This document shows positions 30,171 through 41,136 of a DNA stretch of 64,000 bases, piece by piece; position 1 is the stretch's first letter; every line of letters begins with the position of its first letter. The stretch is from the sequence record MW349128.1. One strand, given 5' to 3'. A program made the position numbers and the translations under genes. The notes beneath the pieces are model-generated. The model saw only the letters and a program-made list of their open reading frames with translations, searched no databases and was not told the DNA's origin.

Positions 30171-30663
30171 CTATAATATTCTCAACTTTCATTTCTAAAA
30201 ATGTAAATATTGCTAAGAATAAGTTAACAAAAGAAAATACAATTCGAATAATCATAGTAGATTGCATTCCTGCACTATCTAAAGATATAACAGCGTATAT
30301 GAAGAATAATACGAAAGATATAAATGAACCGACAATTAAAAAAGGTCTTCCTATATATTTGTTTAAAAATAATGAAATACCTATACAAAAACCTGAGACT
30401 AATAAAAATACACCGTATATTTGCAAATCCATAAATTTTGATAACGCAATATATAATTCAGATGTCCTATACGCTTCTCTAGTTCTAAAAACAAATTGAA
30501 TACCGTAAATTATTGCGTAAACAGAAAGGAAAATTGGGGTTAAATAAAATTTAAATTGCTTAATATAGTAGTATATTTTTACAATTAGATTTTCATTAGT
30601 ATCATTATTAATGTCAATTTCATTTTCATCTTCTACAATATTTTTATCTTTACTATTTTCCAT
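30157..30663 (-). CDS. Membrane protein (about 4 TM)
   Basis: Hydrophobic segments; located in the lysis cluster. Confidence 0.65.
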   Translation of the reverse strand: MENSKDKNIVEDENEIDINNDTNENLIVKIYYYIKQFKFYLTPIFLSVYAIIYGIQFVFRTREAYRTSELYIALSKFMDLQIYGVFLLVSGFCIGISLFLNKYIGRPFLIVGSFISFVLFFIYAVISLDSAGMQSTMIIRIVFSFVNLFLAIFTFLEMKVENIIDVRK

Positions 30664-30774
30664 TTTATAAATTACCTTCCTTTCTTCTATTTAATTAATT
30701 TATTTATTTATAAATCATTGTTCCAATAGAATGAACAAGAGATATGATAGATTTGATCGACTTGCAAATAAATA

Positions 30775-30803
30775 GTCCTAACAATCATTGAGATTGTTAG
30801 GAC
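30775..30803 (-). terminator. Probable terminator of the tail operon
   Basis: Perfect 12-bp stem gtcctaacaatc/gattgttaggac followed by TATTTATTT on the minus strand. Confidence 0.6.
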
Positions 30804-30958
30804 ATTTTGAAGACTTTGCCAAAAATTAATAGAAAAAGAATAAAGCTTTATAGAGTCAACTCAGAAAAGAACAAAGAAAAAGTTAGTATGAAAGCTAAAT
30901 ACTATGTAAATAACTTTCATATATTTTTGTTCTATTTTTATTAACTTAATGAACTCTA

Positions 30959-31384
30959 TTATTGAGGTAAAATTCCTCCACGAGCAGAATTTTCATTTTC
31001 AGAATCTTCTTGAGGTTCAACTTCAGTAGCTCTACCAATACCTTGAACTTCTGAATCTTCATTAAAACCTTCTACACGATGTTCTTCTTCAATCGGATCG
31101 ATCTCAGCTTCAACAGGTGTATTTTCAGGTTTTGAAGGAATAGGTTCCTCATCTGAATATTCATAATCTGGTAAAGATTTTGGTAATACTAGATTTGAAG
31201 ATTGAATTGATGCAGTAGTCCAATCATCATTATTTTCTTTTTCTCCAAAACCAATTTCATTTAAAACTTCTTCAACTAATGATTTTAATCCATTACCTTC
31301 AGACACTTCTTCTAATTCTAACAAACCTTTAACTACTAAAGTAGCATGGAATGTTACAATAAAAGATTTTTTATTTAAAACCAT
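30959..31384 (-). CDS. Acidic hypothetical protein
   Basis: 141 aa, GGAGG RBS, late promoter at 31412. Confidence 0.7.
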   Translation of the reverse strand: MVLNKKSFIVTFHATLVVKGLLELEEVSEGNGLKSLVEEVLNEIGFGEKENNDDWTTASIQSSNLVLPKSLPDYEYSDEEPIPSKPENTPVEAEIDPIEEEHRVEGFNEDSEVQGIGRATEVEPQEDSENENSARGGILPQ

Positions 31385-31443
31385 AATTTAATTTCCTCCT
31401 TGGAATTATTATAATTATATGTTGTTGTATGAAATATAATGTT

Positions 31444-31815
31444 TTATTCATCCCTTTTCATATTTTCTAACATAAATTTTAACTCTCTATTTTCTCTTTC
31501 CATTTCTTCTCTCTCTCTTTCTCTTTTTTCTTCTTCTGTTTCTACTTTTGGTACAAATGTTTCTCCTTCCTTAACAACTAATTCGTTTCTTCCATCCACT
31601 GTTTTAACTGCAAGTTTGTCAATTTGTTCATAGGTATATTCATCTATAACAAAAGAAATTGCTGGTGAAGATGAACTAAACATATTGCCTATAGACATTG
31701 CATTGAACGAACCATCTTCTTCAATTTGTTTATTTTCAATAACAAGCAAAAGTCTTCCCGGAATTAACTCTCCAGTTTTATCTCTTATATCTTCATAAGT
31801 TTTTATAATCTCCAT
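31444..31815 (-). CDS. Hypothetical tail-associated protein
   Basis: 123 aa directly after the giant tail gene. Confidence 0.65.
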   Translation of the reverse strand: MEIIKTYEDIRDKTGELIPGRLLLVIENKQIEEDGSFNAMSIGNMFSSSSPAISFVIDEYTYEQIDKLAVKTVDGRNELVVKEGETFVPKVETEEEKREREREEMERENRELKFMLENMKRDE

Positions 31816-31837
31816 ATTATTTTAAATTCCTTTCTTT

Positions 31838-34800
31838 TTAATCTTTGAAATTACTCATAGTCATACGTGTTATACGGAATTCTCCTGTATTGAAATTGGC
31901 ATTAGCTTTTGACAAACCTGCTTGCAATTCAAAGAATTTATTTCTATTATCAGGCTTTCCTAAATCTATTACTATATCAGGAAAAACAAATGATGTCTCG
32001 GTTACTATAAGTTCATGATATATAGTCCCTCCAGTAGTAGACATCCATCTGAGATGAAGTCTCATACCACTTGTATTGACTCGACATGATAATTTTACTT
32101 TAAGATATCTTTGATTGTGAAAATATGTGTATCTATTAACACGAGCAAATGCAGTATTATTTTTTTCAATTAACTGTTTTTTGTCTCTCCCTAAACTGTA
32201 TGCTCCCCAGTCTATTCCATATAACCCATTTATGCCTTCGGTAACTATTTTCCTACTATCGTATTGACTGCCAGTCCCTGCAAAGTTCCACGTAACAAAC
32301 TGAGGTTCATATGCTTGGACATTGGACTCACCCAAGTCAAGTCCATCAATCATTTTATTTACTCCATCTTTTCTTATAGTTATTCCTTCTGAATTCATTT
32401 CAACATAGTTGTCTTTATCTGAAGAAGTTTTAGATATTTGTAATTTATCATCTACAAATGTTAAGTTGCCTTTATCATTGTATATTCTTGCATTATTTGT
32501 ATTGATATTTAAATGATTACTTATGATGTCAATTGATTCTGGATTCATAGATATTTTACTTGCCATAGATTCTGTACTAAAAGTATCTAATCTGGATGGT
32601 GTCCATTTAGTTAATTTGTCGTTTATTTCTATCTGAGGCAGTCCATAGTAAAATGTAGCATTTGTATTTTTTGGTTGACCTGGTCCTGAGAATCTCATTA
32701 AGAATCTGATATAATTAGTTTTACCATTACTAGAAGTAGAAGGTATTTTTCCTTTAAAAGAAACTCTTACCCATTCATCATATTTAAAATCTTTAGGTAA
32801 ATATTCATATCTAGCAAACATAGAATTGGAACCCTGAGATTTATTTTCGTAAGTTGCAAATTCAATATAAGGATTACTAACCAAATTATCTAAAGAAGAT
32901 GATGGAACATATATATAAACTGAACCAGTGATCGTATCACCAATGTCAAAATCTCCACCTTTACCAATAGACATGTAATTAGACGTAATGGAAGGCCATG
33001 AATCAGTTCCTGTCATAGAAAATTTAAAAACTCTTTTAGAAGATCCATAACTGTAAGGTAAAGAATCTTTTTCGCTTTCTCCTTCTATCATAGTTACATT
33101 TTCAAATAAAGCATTTGCATTAGCATTATCATCTGTACCTGCTTTAGCTGCATAAAGTAAGATTTGGTTAGCATCTCTATTTGCAGTGAATTTGATTATA
33201 TTTCTTTTACTAGAACTTACAGGTGCCTCAAATCTGTCACTATCTGGTGCCATATCCGGTAATTTGGGATTTGATCTACTATGTGGATATATATAAGGGA
33301 ACACACTTACTTCATTAGTTGTATTACTACCGGAAAGTAGAGTATAATCAAATGAAAGTATATACGTTTTACCTTTTTTAATAGGTCTTGTTAAGTAAAA
33401 AGTTGTACGCTTATATGTTCCAGATGAAATATGATCGTCTCTATATCTACCTCCGACAATCATATTATTGTCAGTATTAATCGACATCGTATTAACGTCC
33501 TCTATATTATAGTATCCAGAAGAATACCCACTTATTTCCCATCCTTCCATACCATTACGTAAATCACTGTTAATAAGCATATTATTACTATCAAAATAAC
33601 TTTTCATTTGACTAACAGATAATTCTATAGAATCGGTTTTTTGGTCTATTTTAGATGATACAGTTGAAATAGATGTTTGAACGTCTTCAGGAGATGGAGA
33701 CCAATCAGTAGCTTTATTACCTTTTTCAATTTTAATATTAGATACATAAATAGGAGCAGTGGAATTTGCTTCTCTCGTTAAATAAAAACGCATATAATTA
33801 CATTCATAAGAATTAAATGGAATACTATATCTAACTATATCATTTGTAAGAGATTTATTAAATTCATTATACCCAAAAATAGCAACAAATGGATCAAAAT
33901 CAGTCTTATCATCTTTTAATTTTCTAATTTGAGGATAAATATTTCCTGTATTCGAACCATCTTTATAAGCATCAAAAGATATAATATATTCTGTATTAGG
34001 ATCTGTTTTAAAGGTTTGATTGATCCAATTTTGAGTTCCGTTTGTATTTTGTAAAGGTACAAAAATTCTTCCATTATTTTGAAATTTATTTGTAAAATTA
34101 CCATTCCAAAAAATTGGATTAAAATCACTAGTTCCATTTAATATATTTTTACCACCAACCTCAATTTTACCAATTTCAGTTATAGTGGTTTTCTTAGCTT
34201 CTAATAATATTTGTTCAGGTAATTGATTGATAGATGTAGTTAATGAAATTACGCTATTATCAATATCTTCTGGTGCTAAACCATAACCAGTTAATTTAGA
34301 TCCTTCAACTAAAATAGCATCTTTTATAGTAGCACTTATAGTTCCATTATTTGTAGTTCCTGTTTGAGCTGGATATAAATAGAATTCTGTACTAGCTGCA
34401 GTAGGTATGAATGTATATTCATTTCTATTATTTTCATTATTTTCAAAAGTTAAAACTTTAGATGCTGGTGTATAAGGATAAATTGAGAATTTACCTCCAT
34501 CATCACCTGAATTAACAACCTTAGTAAAAGCAAAAGTATATTCCACATTAGGTTTTAAAGGTTCAGAAAGTTTGTATTGAATACGTCTTGAATTAGTTCC
34601 TCCAACAATATCATTACGAACTCTACTATTTAATAGTAAGTTTCTAGAACCTATTTTAATATTATTAATTTTGCTATCAACATCTTCAGGAGCCGGTGTC
34701 CAATCAGTAGCTTTATTACCTTTTTCAAGTTTAGCATTTATTATACTACCATTAGAATTTAGATTTTCATCAGTGTATCCAGTTCCAAAATAAATAGATA

Positions 34801-37800
34801 TTTCATTAGAATTTGCACTTGCGACAAAAGTATATGCATTTCTTATTTTTGTGTCTAATGTTACATTTTTTCTATCGGATGAGTTATTTGTAAATTGTAA
34901 TGAAGTTTTGTTATTGATATTTCCAGAAGTAACATTAATTTCATAAGTTAATGTATAAGTTTCTCCAGCTATTATATTATTACTTAAATTATAAGTAACT
35001 CTTTTAGAGTTTGTAGAACCATTTATAGGAGCTCTATTTTTAGAATCTAATAATAGGTTTCTAGCACCAACTTGAATATTATTAATATTCTCATTAACTC
35101 TACTTTCGACAGCAGAAACTTGTGATGTTATTTGACCTGGTAACTGTTCAATACTAGAAGTATTAGCAGAAATTTTACCATCCATTTCATCTTGTTTATT
35201 AACAATACTACTAATCTTATCAGTCTCTACTTTTAATTCACTATACTGATTAGTAGTTTTAGTATCTAATTTTGTAATAGAAGATGCATTTAAACTTATA
35301 TCTTTTTCAGTTTGAGTTATACGAGTTTCACTTGCAACTAATCTACTTTCAATATCTTCTGGTGCTGGAGACCAATCAGTTGCTTTATTACCTTTTTCTA
35401 ATTTAGGTTTATTATAAGTTAAAACTAAATCTGTAGCAGAAGTTTTTATTACTATAGGTATATTAGTTATAGCATTTGAATTTATCCATTTAAATGTGTA
35501 ATAAATTCTTTTAAATTCTCCTACATTTAATGAATAAGTATTAACCTTAATTGTATTACTATTAGGATTAATAACTCCTGAACTATTTATTCCAATATCA
35601 ATATCAGTTGATTTATTACTTTTAACATCCATAGAAAAAGTATACCATTCATTAAGAACAATAGGTTCTGAAGTTATATTGTCTGTATTATTTTTTAAAA
35701 ATACATATGAACTTATATAATTACCTGAAGTTGGTGTTATATTCCAACTATTGTCACTATTTTTTACAGGTGTACCTAAACCAACATTATTAGGTTTAAA
35801 AATTATATTTGTTAAACTTTTTAATAGTAAATTTCTACTACCTATCTGAATATTATCAATTTGATCATCTACATCTTCAGGAGCAGGTGTCCAATCTGTG
35901 ACTTTATTACCTTTTTCTAATTTTAAATTTTTAATTTTTATTTTATTACTGTATCTATCTGTAGCTGAAGTTCCATCAGGAGTATATAACCCAGAATAAA
36001 TTATAAATCTATGATCAGTTAATTTAGGACATACAAAAGTTTGACTTACTTTTATTTTATTTCCTATAATTGCTTCTATACTTTGGTAACCCATTACTCT
36101 ATCGGATACAACAGAATCACTATAAAAAATTATACCATGACTTCTACTATTTATCTTATATCCTTTAGTATCTACTTCTAAAATTTCTAAATCATAAGAG
36201 TAAGTGTAAGTTTCTCCTTCAGTTAAAACATTTTTTAAATAATCAACGGTATATAAGTTCGTAGCCCAATAACTTCCTGTAAATTCTCCTGTTGATGTGA
36301 CATCTTTATTTATTGATGTACTGTATTTAGGTTTATATTTTTGGAATAAGTTTCTTCCACCAATTTGAATATTATTGATATTATTATTAACTCTATTCTC
36401 TACAGCAGAAACTTGACTAGTAATTTGATTTGGTAACTGTTCAATACTAGATCGGTTAGCAGAAATTTTACCATCCATTTCATCTTGTTTGATAACAATG
36501 GAAGTGATTTTATCAGTTTCTACTTTTAATTCACTGTATTGGTTAGTAGTTTTGGTATCTAATTGAGATATAGATGAAGCATTCAAAGTAATATCTTTCT
36601 CAGTTTGAGTTATACGAGTTTCATTTTTAGCAAATCTACTTTTATAATCTTCAGGAGAAATATCCCAAGCAGAAGCTACATTACCTTCTTCTAATTGAAT
36701 ATGACCAACATAAGTATCTTTAGTTGTATTATCTGAAGTGAACTGAATTTTAATGAAATTGTTAGTTCTAGAATTAAATTTCAACTCATAACGAGTAGGA
36801 GTTGTTGTCAATGTTTTAGCACTTTCAGTTAAAGTAATTAAATAGTTTTTAGGTGAAACTTCAGTAGTTAGACTTGAAGCTTTCGTAATAGGTGTTTTAA
36901 TTACTGGAGATGCAGCTGCTGAATAAGCATCATAACTTAACACATAATTTGTATTAGGTTTAACTGCTACTATCTGAGATACTTCAGCTAAATTTGTTTT
37001 GGTATTAGCATAAGTAATACCATTATTATCTTTTTTAGTAATACTAGCTAAGAAAGGTAAATCAAATTTTTCAGTTCCAGCAAGCATATTCTTAGTACCA
37101 ATTTTAATTTTACCTGAAATAGCTTCAGTACTTGTCTCAGAAGTTACTCTTTGATCAATTCTACCAATTTCAGCTGTAATATTAGTATTTAGATTTGATA
37201 CAGTTTCATTAACAGAATTTTTGGTAGCATAATCTTTAGAAATATCTTGTTTAATAGAATCAGCTGTAGCAGTAATACTAGCTTGTAAAGTTTGTGTAGT
37301 ATCATCAATAGCCGATTTTCTATCAGTAACTTCTTGAGTAATGGCATCATTTGCTACAGTTAATTTACCCGAAAGATCTGTTATATTTTCACCTTGTTTT
37401 TCAACCTTTTCGGCAGTAATAGAATAACTACTATCAAGTTGTTCTACTTTAGTTGATAAATCACTATAGTTATCTTCAGTTGCTGTTATTCTTTGTACTA
37501 ATGATGTAATTTTATCAGTTTCAATTTTTATTTGACCGATTTGTTTTTCTAATTCTTCTTTATCTACTTTTTGAGCTTCAGAAACTAAGTCAATCTGACC
37601 TGCAATAGTTTCTATTCTTGAAGTAACTTCATTAATAACTTTATCATCAAGATCATTAATCTTTTTAGTTACTTCTTGTCGAATCATATCTACTGTTTGA
37701 CTAACCTCAGAGAAACCTTCGATTACTTGTTTACGGTAATCATCCATTTCTTTTTTAGTCATCATAGTAGCTACTAATTCATTAGTATCAATTACAGTTT

Positions 37801-40800
37801 TCTTAACAGATTCTAATCCAGTAACATCATACATTTCTAAATTAGTAACCCAGAATTTAGGTTCATTAGATCCATCTTCAAATTCAACAACATCTGAATC
37901 TTCAGATTGGTTTACTTTAAAGTATAGTGTCATATAGAAAGCACCATATAAGAAACCATTAGTACCTCTAACATTCTCTTTAGTTATTAAACCTTGACGA
38001 TGATACCAACCATTAAATTCTTCTGGATCGTCATCTTCTTCTGTATTAGGAATATCTTCATCTTTAATTAAAGACCATTCTACATTATTGTCAGTGAATG
38101 TTCCTGAAACTTTAGTTCCAGCAGGGAAACCTCCATCTTCAGAATCATAATTAATTAAATCAAAAGGTCTATTTAAATAGATACAATTATTTTCTCTATC
38201 AATAGCACCAAAATCCCAACCATTCATGAATACATTTCTAGAATAAGTTGATTCTCCGTAATTATAACCATCATTACTCTTGAAGTTCCAAATAACTAAT
38301 GAGTGATTATCATTATAATCTGTTAAATTAGGATTGATATTTTTATTAACAATTCCTGCATTAGATACGTTATAATTATTAGTCATATTCTTAATAGCTT
38401 CTTCTTCATCTACTGGAGTTGAATTAGTTTCAACTGGTTCTTCAGATTCTGACATAGGTAAATCAGGTTCTGTAGTTTTATCTTCTTCAGGTGTATCATC
38501 TGCATATATTACACTATCTTCTTCTTCATCAGGTAATGCGTTAGGATCATCTATAGAAAGAATATCGTCTGCATCGTTAGGTAATACAACTGAACCGTCT
38601 CTATCATAATCATAAGCAGGTGTGTCATCTTCTTCATCTAAAGGTGCAGATTGAAATCTATAAGTGTCATCAAGACCATCAAGACTATTGAAATAAATAA
38701 CTTTATCTCCTTGTCTTAATTCTTGAGCTAATTCAATTACAGGTTTCTCACTACCCATTACATGTTGAGATTCTATTAATTGTCCGTCTTTATCATAACT
38801 TAAATGACCTATAGAAGAAGGAAGAGAATTATTATTTTTCATAAACATAGAAAGTTTGTATGTCTTCTCTGGATTAATCGGTATTAATCTTTCAGAAGAA
38901 GTAGTGGAGTTAAATCCTTCCATTCTAAATGAAGCTGCTGACTGAAAGGCATCTGAATTATCGTAATACATTCCAGGGAAGTTTGATTCATCTCCTTGAT
39001 CTGCATTACCGTTAAAAATTAAATTATCTCCACGAGAATCCATATAGTAATTAAACTCTTTTTGAGAAACTTCTAATTCTTGACCTAAATCTTCTCTAAC
39101 ACTATTAGCTTCAGCCATAGCTTTATCTATATCTTTAGATTTTTGATCTAACTCTTCTTGTTGTTTTTCTAATTCTGTTTTAGTATTTTCTAAATTAGCT
39201 TTAGATTCATTAATTTCATCTTTAGTTTTCTGAATCTGTTCTTGGATAAGGTCAAACATGTCTTGTTTATCTATAGTTCCATCTATTAAACCAGATTCAG
39301 AATTAAGAGGTAAACCTAATACGCTGGATAGATTTTCTTTCAGTTTAGTTAAGTTTTCTTTTAATCCTCTATCAGAATCATTAAGATCATTTTCAATTCT
39401 ATTAACTTTTACTTTCATTAATTCTAAAGAAGTTTTTACTTCATTGATATCCTCAGTTACATTGATATTTCCTGTTAATTTTTGAGTTTTACTATCATAA
39501 GATAATCCTAAAACTCTTCCAATTTCAGAAAATACAGTATCTTTAATACCATGAGAATATTCATTTTGAAGCTTATTCATTTCTAAATTAATAGCTTCAT
39601 TAGATAATTCAATAATATTTTTAGTACTATTAACTACAGAATAGAATCCTACAAAAGATTTATTAATATCTTTCATTAATGATTCATTCTGATCAGCTCT
39701 ATTAAGTTTATTAACTTCGGATTTTATTTTATCAAAATCATTATTAATTTCTTTAATTTTGTCTCTAACTTGAATTTTAATTGCATCTTCTTTAAGATAA
39801 GCAGAATCAAATATGGATTTCAATTGGTTAACAACTTGATCTTTTTGAGATTTAATTAAATTAAAATCAGAAATAATAGCATCAAAGTTAAGCTCTTTAT
39901 TTGATTGTAATACACTTGAACCATCTGTACCACTATTACTATTATTACTGATATCATTAATATAATTTTTAAATGACTCTAATTGTTTATTAACTAAAGA
40001 TTCAACTAATTTAACATCATTACTTTTAGAAGATGTATTGTCTTTAATAAAGATGTTATCATTAGCGTATTTAGTATAATTCTCTAACATTTCAGGTTTA
40101 TAAACTTCATTAGAATCTTTATACTTAGCAAAGAAGTTAAATTTCTCTATATTATAATCGAATAAACTTCTCTCTAATTTATATATTTGGAAACCTGCTG
40201 TTAATTCAGGTTTTATATTTTTATAATTGATGAATATTTGACTTGATATAAATTTATTATAATGACAGTTAGTCCAATTTCTTAATACTAAACCAGTCAT
40301 TTTTAAATCTATAGCATTCAAAGAACTATCGTTAAGGTATTTAGAAGCAATTTCTTCCATTTCATCTCTAGTTTTTCCTTTAACTTCCATAGTGTCAAAT
40401 ATATAATTTTCATCTTTAATAAATCTAGCTTGGTTTAATGAGTCTTTAACAGTAATAGATTCATTATTATCATTATACATGATTAAACCAGTTTTAATAT
40501 TTGATTTGTCTACATTAAATTCAAAACCAGGTATTCTACCAGAAATTTCTTTAGGATTAGATTTTCTTAAATCTTTACCTTTATTAATTATTAAAGTTCT
40601 TTCATTTGTATTAATATCATATTTATGTCTAATAGATAAATCTTTTTCAAATACAATATCTAATAATTTCTTAAATACAGATTTATTATCTTCAGGTAAA
40701 GTGATTTCCTCATCAACAACTAAATCATTATACTCAATACTATATCCTGTATTCAATAATAAAGTACTTAACACTGATTTTAATTGTCCATTTAATTCTT

Positions 40801-41092
40801 TATTAGAATTCATAAAGACATTATCTAAATCTTTTACATAAGCAGGAATTAATGAAGATTTTAAACCATTTTCTTCAATACAAACAAACTCAGAATCATT
40901 CTTACTTTCATCTTTAATAATTATATGTGTATTTTCTGAAATGTAGTTTTTACTTTTGAATTCAATATTGATAATTTCAGTTTTTTTACTAAAATCATAT
41001 ACTAATTTCTCACTAGAGATTACATTTTCAAAAGTTTCTGCAACTAATTTACCTTCAATTCTTTTATGTTCTTTATCTAGAATACTAATCAA
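31838..41092 (-). CDS. Giant modular tail / receptor-binding protein (3084 aa)
   Basis: N-terminus resembles phage tail spike/endopeptidase-type proteins. Coiled coils follow, then 7-8 repeats of IG.RNLL...LEKGNKATDW.PAPED (carbohydrate-binding-like modules typical of Firmicute phage antireceptors). Confidence 0.75.
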   Translation of the reverse strand: MISILDKEHKRIEGKLVAETFENVISSEKLVYDFSKKTEIINIEFKSKNYISENTHIIIKDESKNDSEFVCIEENGLKSSLIPAYVKDLDNVFMNSNKELNGQLKSVLSTLLLNTGYSIEYNDLVVDEEITLPEDNKSVFKKLLDIVFEKDLSIRHKYDINTNERTLIINKGKDLRKSNPKEISGRIPGFEFNVDKSNIKTGLIMYNDNNESITVKDSLNQARFIKDENYIFDTMEVKGKTRDEMEEIASKYLNDSSLNAIDLKMTGLVLRNWTNCHYNKFISSQIFINYKNIKPELTAGFQIYKLERSLFDYNIEKFNFFAKYKDSNEVYKPEMLENYTKYANDNIFIKDNTSSKSNDVKLVESLVNKQLESFKNYINDISNNSNSGTDGSSVLQSNKELNFDAIISDFNLIKSQKDQVVNQLKSIFDSAYLKEDAIKIQVRDKIKEINNDFDKIKSEVNKLNRADQNESLMKDINKSFVGFYSVVNSTKNIIELSNEAINLEMNKLQNEYSHGIKDTVFSEIGRVLGLSYDSKTQKLTGNINVTEDINEVKTSLELMKVKVNRIENDLNDSDRGLKENLTKLKENLSSVLGLPLNSESGLIDGTIDKQDMFDLIQEQIQKTKDEINESKANLENTKTELEKQQEELDQKSKDIDKAMAEANSVREDLGQELEVSQKEFNYYMDSRGDNLIFNGNADQGDESNFPGMYYDNSDAFQSAASFRMEGFNSTTSSERLIPINPEKTYKLSMFMKNNNSLPSSIGHLSYDKDGQLIESQHVMGSEKPVIELAQELRQGDKVIYFNSLDGLDDTYRFQSAPLDEEDDTPAYDYDRDGSVVLPNDADDILSIDDPNALPDEEEDSVIYADDTPEEDKTTEPDLPMSESEEPVETNSTPVDEEEAIKNMTNNYNVSNAGIVNKNINPNLTDYNDNHSLVIWNFKSNDGYNYGESTYSRNVFMNGWDFGAIDRENNCIYLNRPFDLINYDSEDGGFPAGTKVSGTFTDNNVEWSLIKDEDIPNTEEDDDPEEFNGWYHRQGLITKENVRGTNGFLYGAFYMTLYFKVNQSEDSDVVEFEDGSNEPKFWVTNLEMYDVTGLESVKKTVIDTNELVATMMTKKEMDDYRKQVIEGFSEVSQTVDMIRQEVTKKINDLDDKVINEVTSRIETIAGQIDLVSEAQKVDKEELEKQIGQIKIETDKITSLVQRITATEDNYSDLSTKVEQLDSSYSITAEKVEKQGENITDLSGKLTVANDAITQEVTDRKSAIDDTTQTLQASITATADSIKQDISKDYATKNSVNETVSNLNTNITAEIGRIDQRVTSETSTEAISGKIKIGTKNMLAGTEKFDLPFLASITKKDNNGITYANTKTNLAEVSQIVAVKPNTNYVLSYDAYSAAASPVIKTPITKASSLTTEVSPKNYLITLTESAKTLTTTPTRYELKFNSRTNNFIKIQFTSDNTTKDTYVGHIQLEEGNVASAWDISPEDYKSRFAKNETRITQTEKDITLNASSISQLDTKTTNQYSELKVETDKITSIVIKQDEMDGKISANRSSIEQLPNQITSQVSAVENRVNNNINNIQIGGRNLFQKYKPKYSTSINKDVTSTGEFTGSYWATNLYTVDYLKNVLTEGETYTYSYDLEILEVDTKGYKINSRSHGIIFYSDSVVSDRVMGYQSIEAIIGNKIKVSQTFVCPKLTDHRFIIYSGLYTPDGTSATDRYSNKIKIKNLKLEKGNKVTDWTPAPEDVDDQIDNIQIGSRNLLLKSLTNIIFKPNNVGLGTPVKNSDNSWNITPTSGNYISSYVFLKNNTDNITSEPIVLNEWYTFSMDVKSNKSTDIDIGINSSGVINPNSNTIKVNTYSLNVGEFKRIYYTFKWINSNAITNIPIVIKTSATDLVLTYNKPKLEKGNKATDWSPAPEDIESRLVASETRITQTEKDISLNASSITKLDTKTTNQYSELKVETDKISSIVNKQDEMDGKISANTSSIEQLPGQITSQVSAVESRVNENINNIQVGARNLLLDSKNRAPINGSTNSKRVTYNLSNNIIAGETYTLTYEINVTSGNINNKTSLQFTNNSSDRKNVTLDTKIRNAYTFVASANSNEISIYFGTGYTDENLNSNGSIINAKLEKGNKATDWTPAPEDVDSKINNIKIGSRNLLLNSRVRNDIVGGTNSRRIQYKLSEPLKPNVEYTFAFTKVVNSGDDGGKFSIYPYTPASKVLTFENNENNRNEYTFIPTAASTEFYLYPAQTGTTNNGTISATIKDAILVEGSKLTGYGLAPEDIDNSVISLTTSINQLPEQILLEAKKTTITEIGKIEVGGKNILNGTSDFNPIFWNGNFTNKFQNNGRIFVPLQNTNGTQNWINQTFKTDPNTEYIISFDAYKDGSNTGNIYPQIRKLKDDKTDFDPFVAIFGYNEFNKSLTNDIVRYSIPFNSYECNYMRFYLTREANSTAPIYVSNIKIEKGNKATDWSPSPEDVQTSISTVSSKIDQKTDSIELSVSQMKSYFDSNNMLINSDLRNGMEGWEISGYSSGYYNIEDVNTMSINTDNNMIVGGRYRDDHISSGTYKRTTFYLTRPIKKGKTYILSFDYTLLSGSNTTNEVSVFPYIYPHSRSNPKLPDMAPDSDRFEAPVSSSKRNIIKFTANRDANQILLYAAKAGTDDNANANALFENVTMIEGESEKDSLPYSYGSSKRVFKFSMTGTDSWPSITSNYMSIGKGGDFDIGDTITGSVYIYVPSSSLDNLVSNPYIEFATYENKSQGSNSMFARYEYLPKDFKYDEWVRVSFKGKIPSTSSNGKTNYIRFLMRFSGPGQPKNTNATFYYGLPQIEINDKLTKWTPSRLDTFSTESMASKISMNPESIDIISNHLNINTNNARIYNDKGNLTFVDDKLQISKTSSDKDNYVEMNSEGITIRKDGVNKMIDGLDLGESNVQAYEPQFVTWNFAGTGSQYDSRKIVTEGINGLYGIDWGAYSLGRDKKQLIEKNNTAFARVNRYTYFHNQRYLKVKLSCRVNTSGMRLHLRWMSTTGGTIYHELIVTETSFVFPDIVIDLGKPDNRNKFFELQAGLSKANANFNTGEFRITRMTMSNFKD
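35068..35330 (-). repeat. Internal about 263-bp duplication (second copy 36361..36623)
   Basis: ETRITQTEKDI...QITSQVSAVE.RVN.NINNIQ occurs twice, with high DNA similarity. Confidence 0.85.
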
Positions 41093-41136
41093 ATTTTTTC
41101 ACCATCCTTCCGTCTTATTGATATTAATGTGTTTTA

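Noticed and set aside
35068-36623. Diversity-generating retroelement TR/VR pair
   Set aside because: Both copies are in frame in one ORF, the mismatches are mixed and largely synonymous rather than adenine-specific, and there is no RT in the window.
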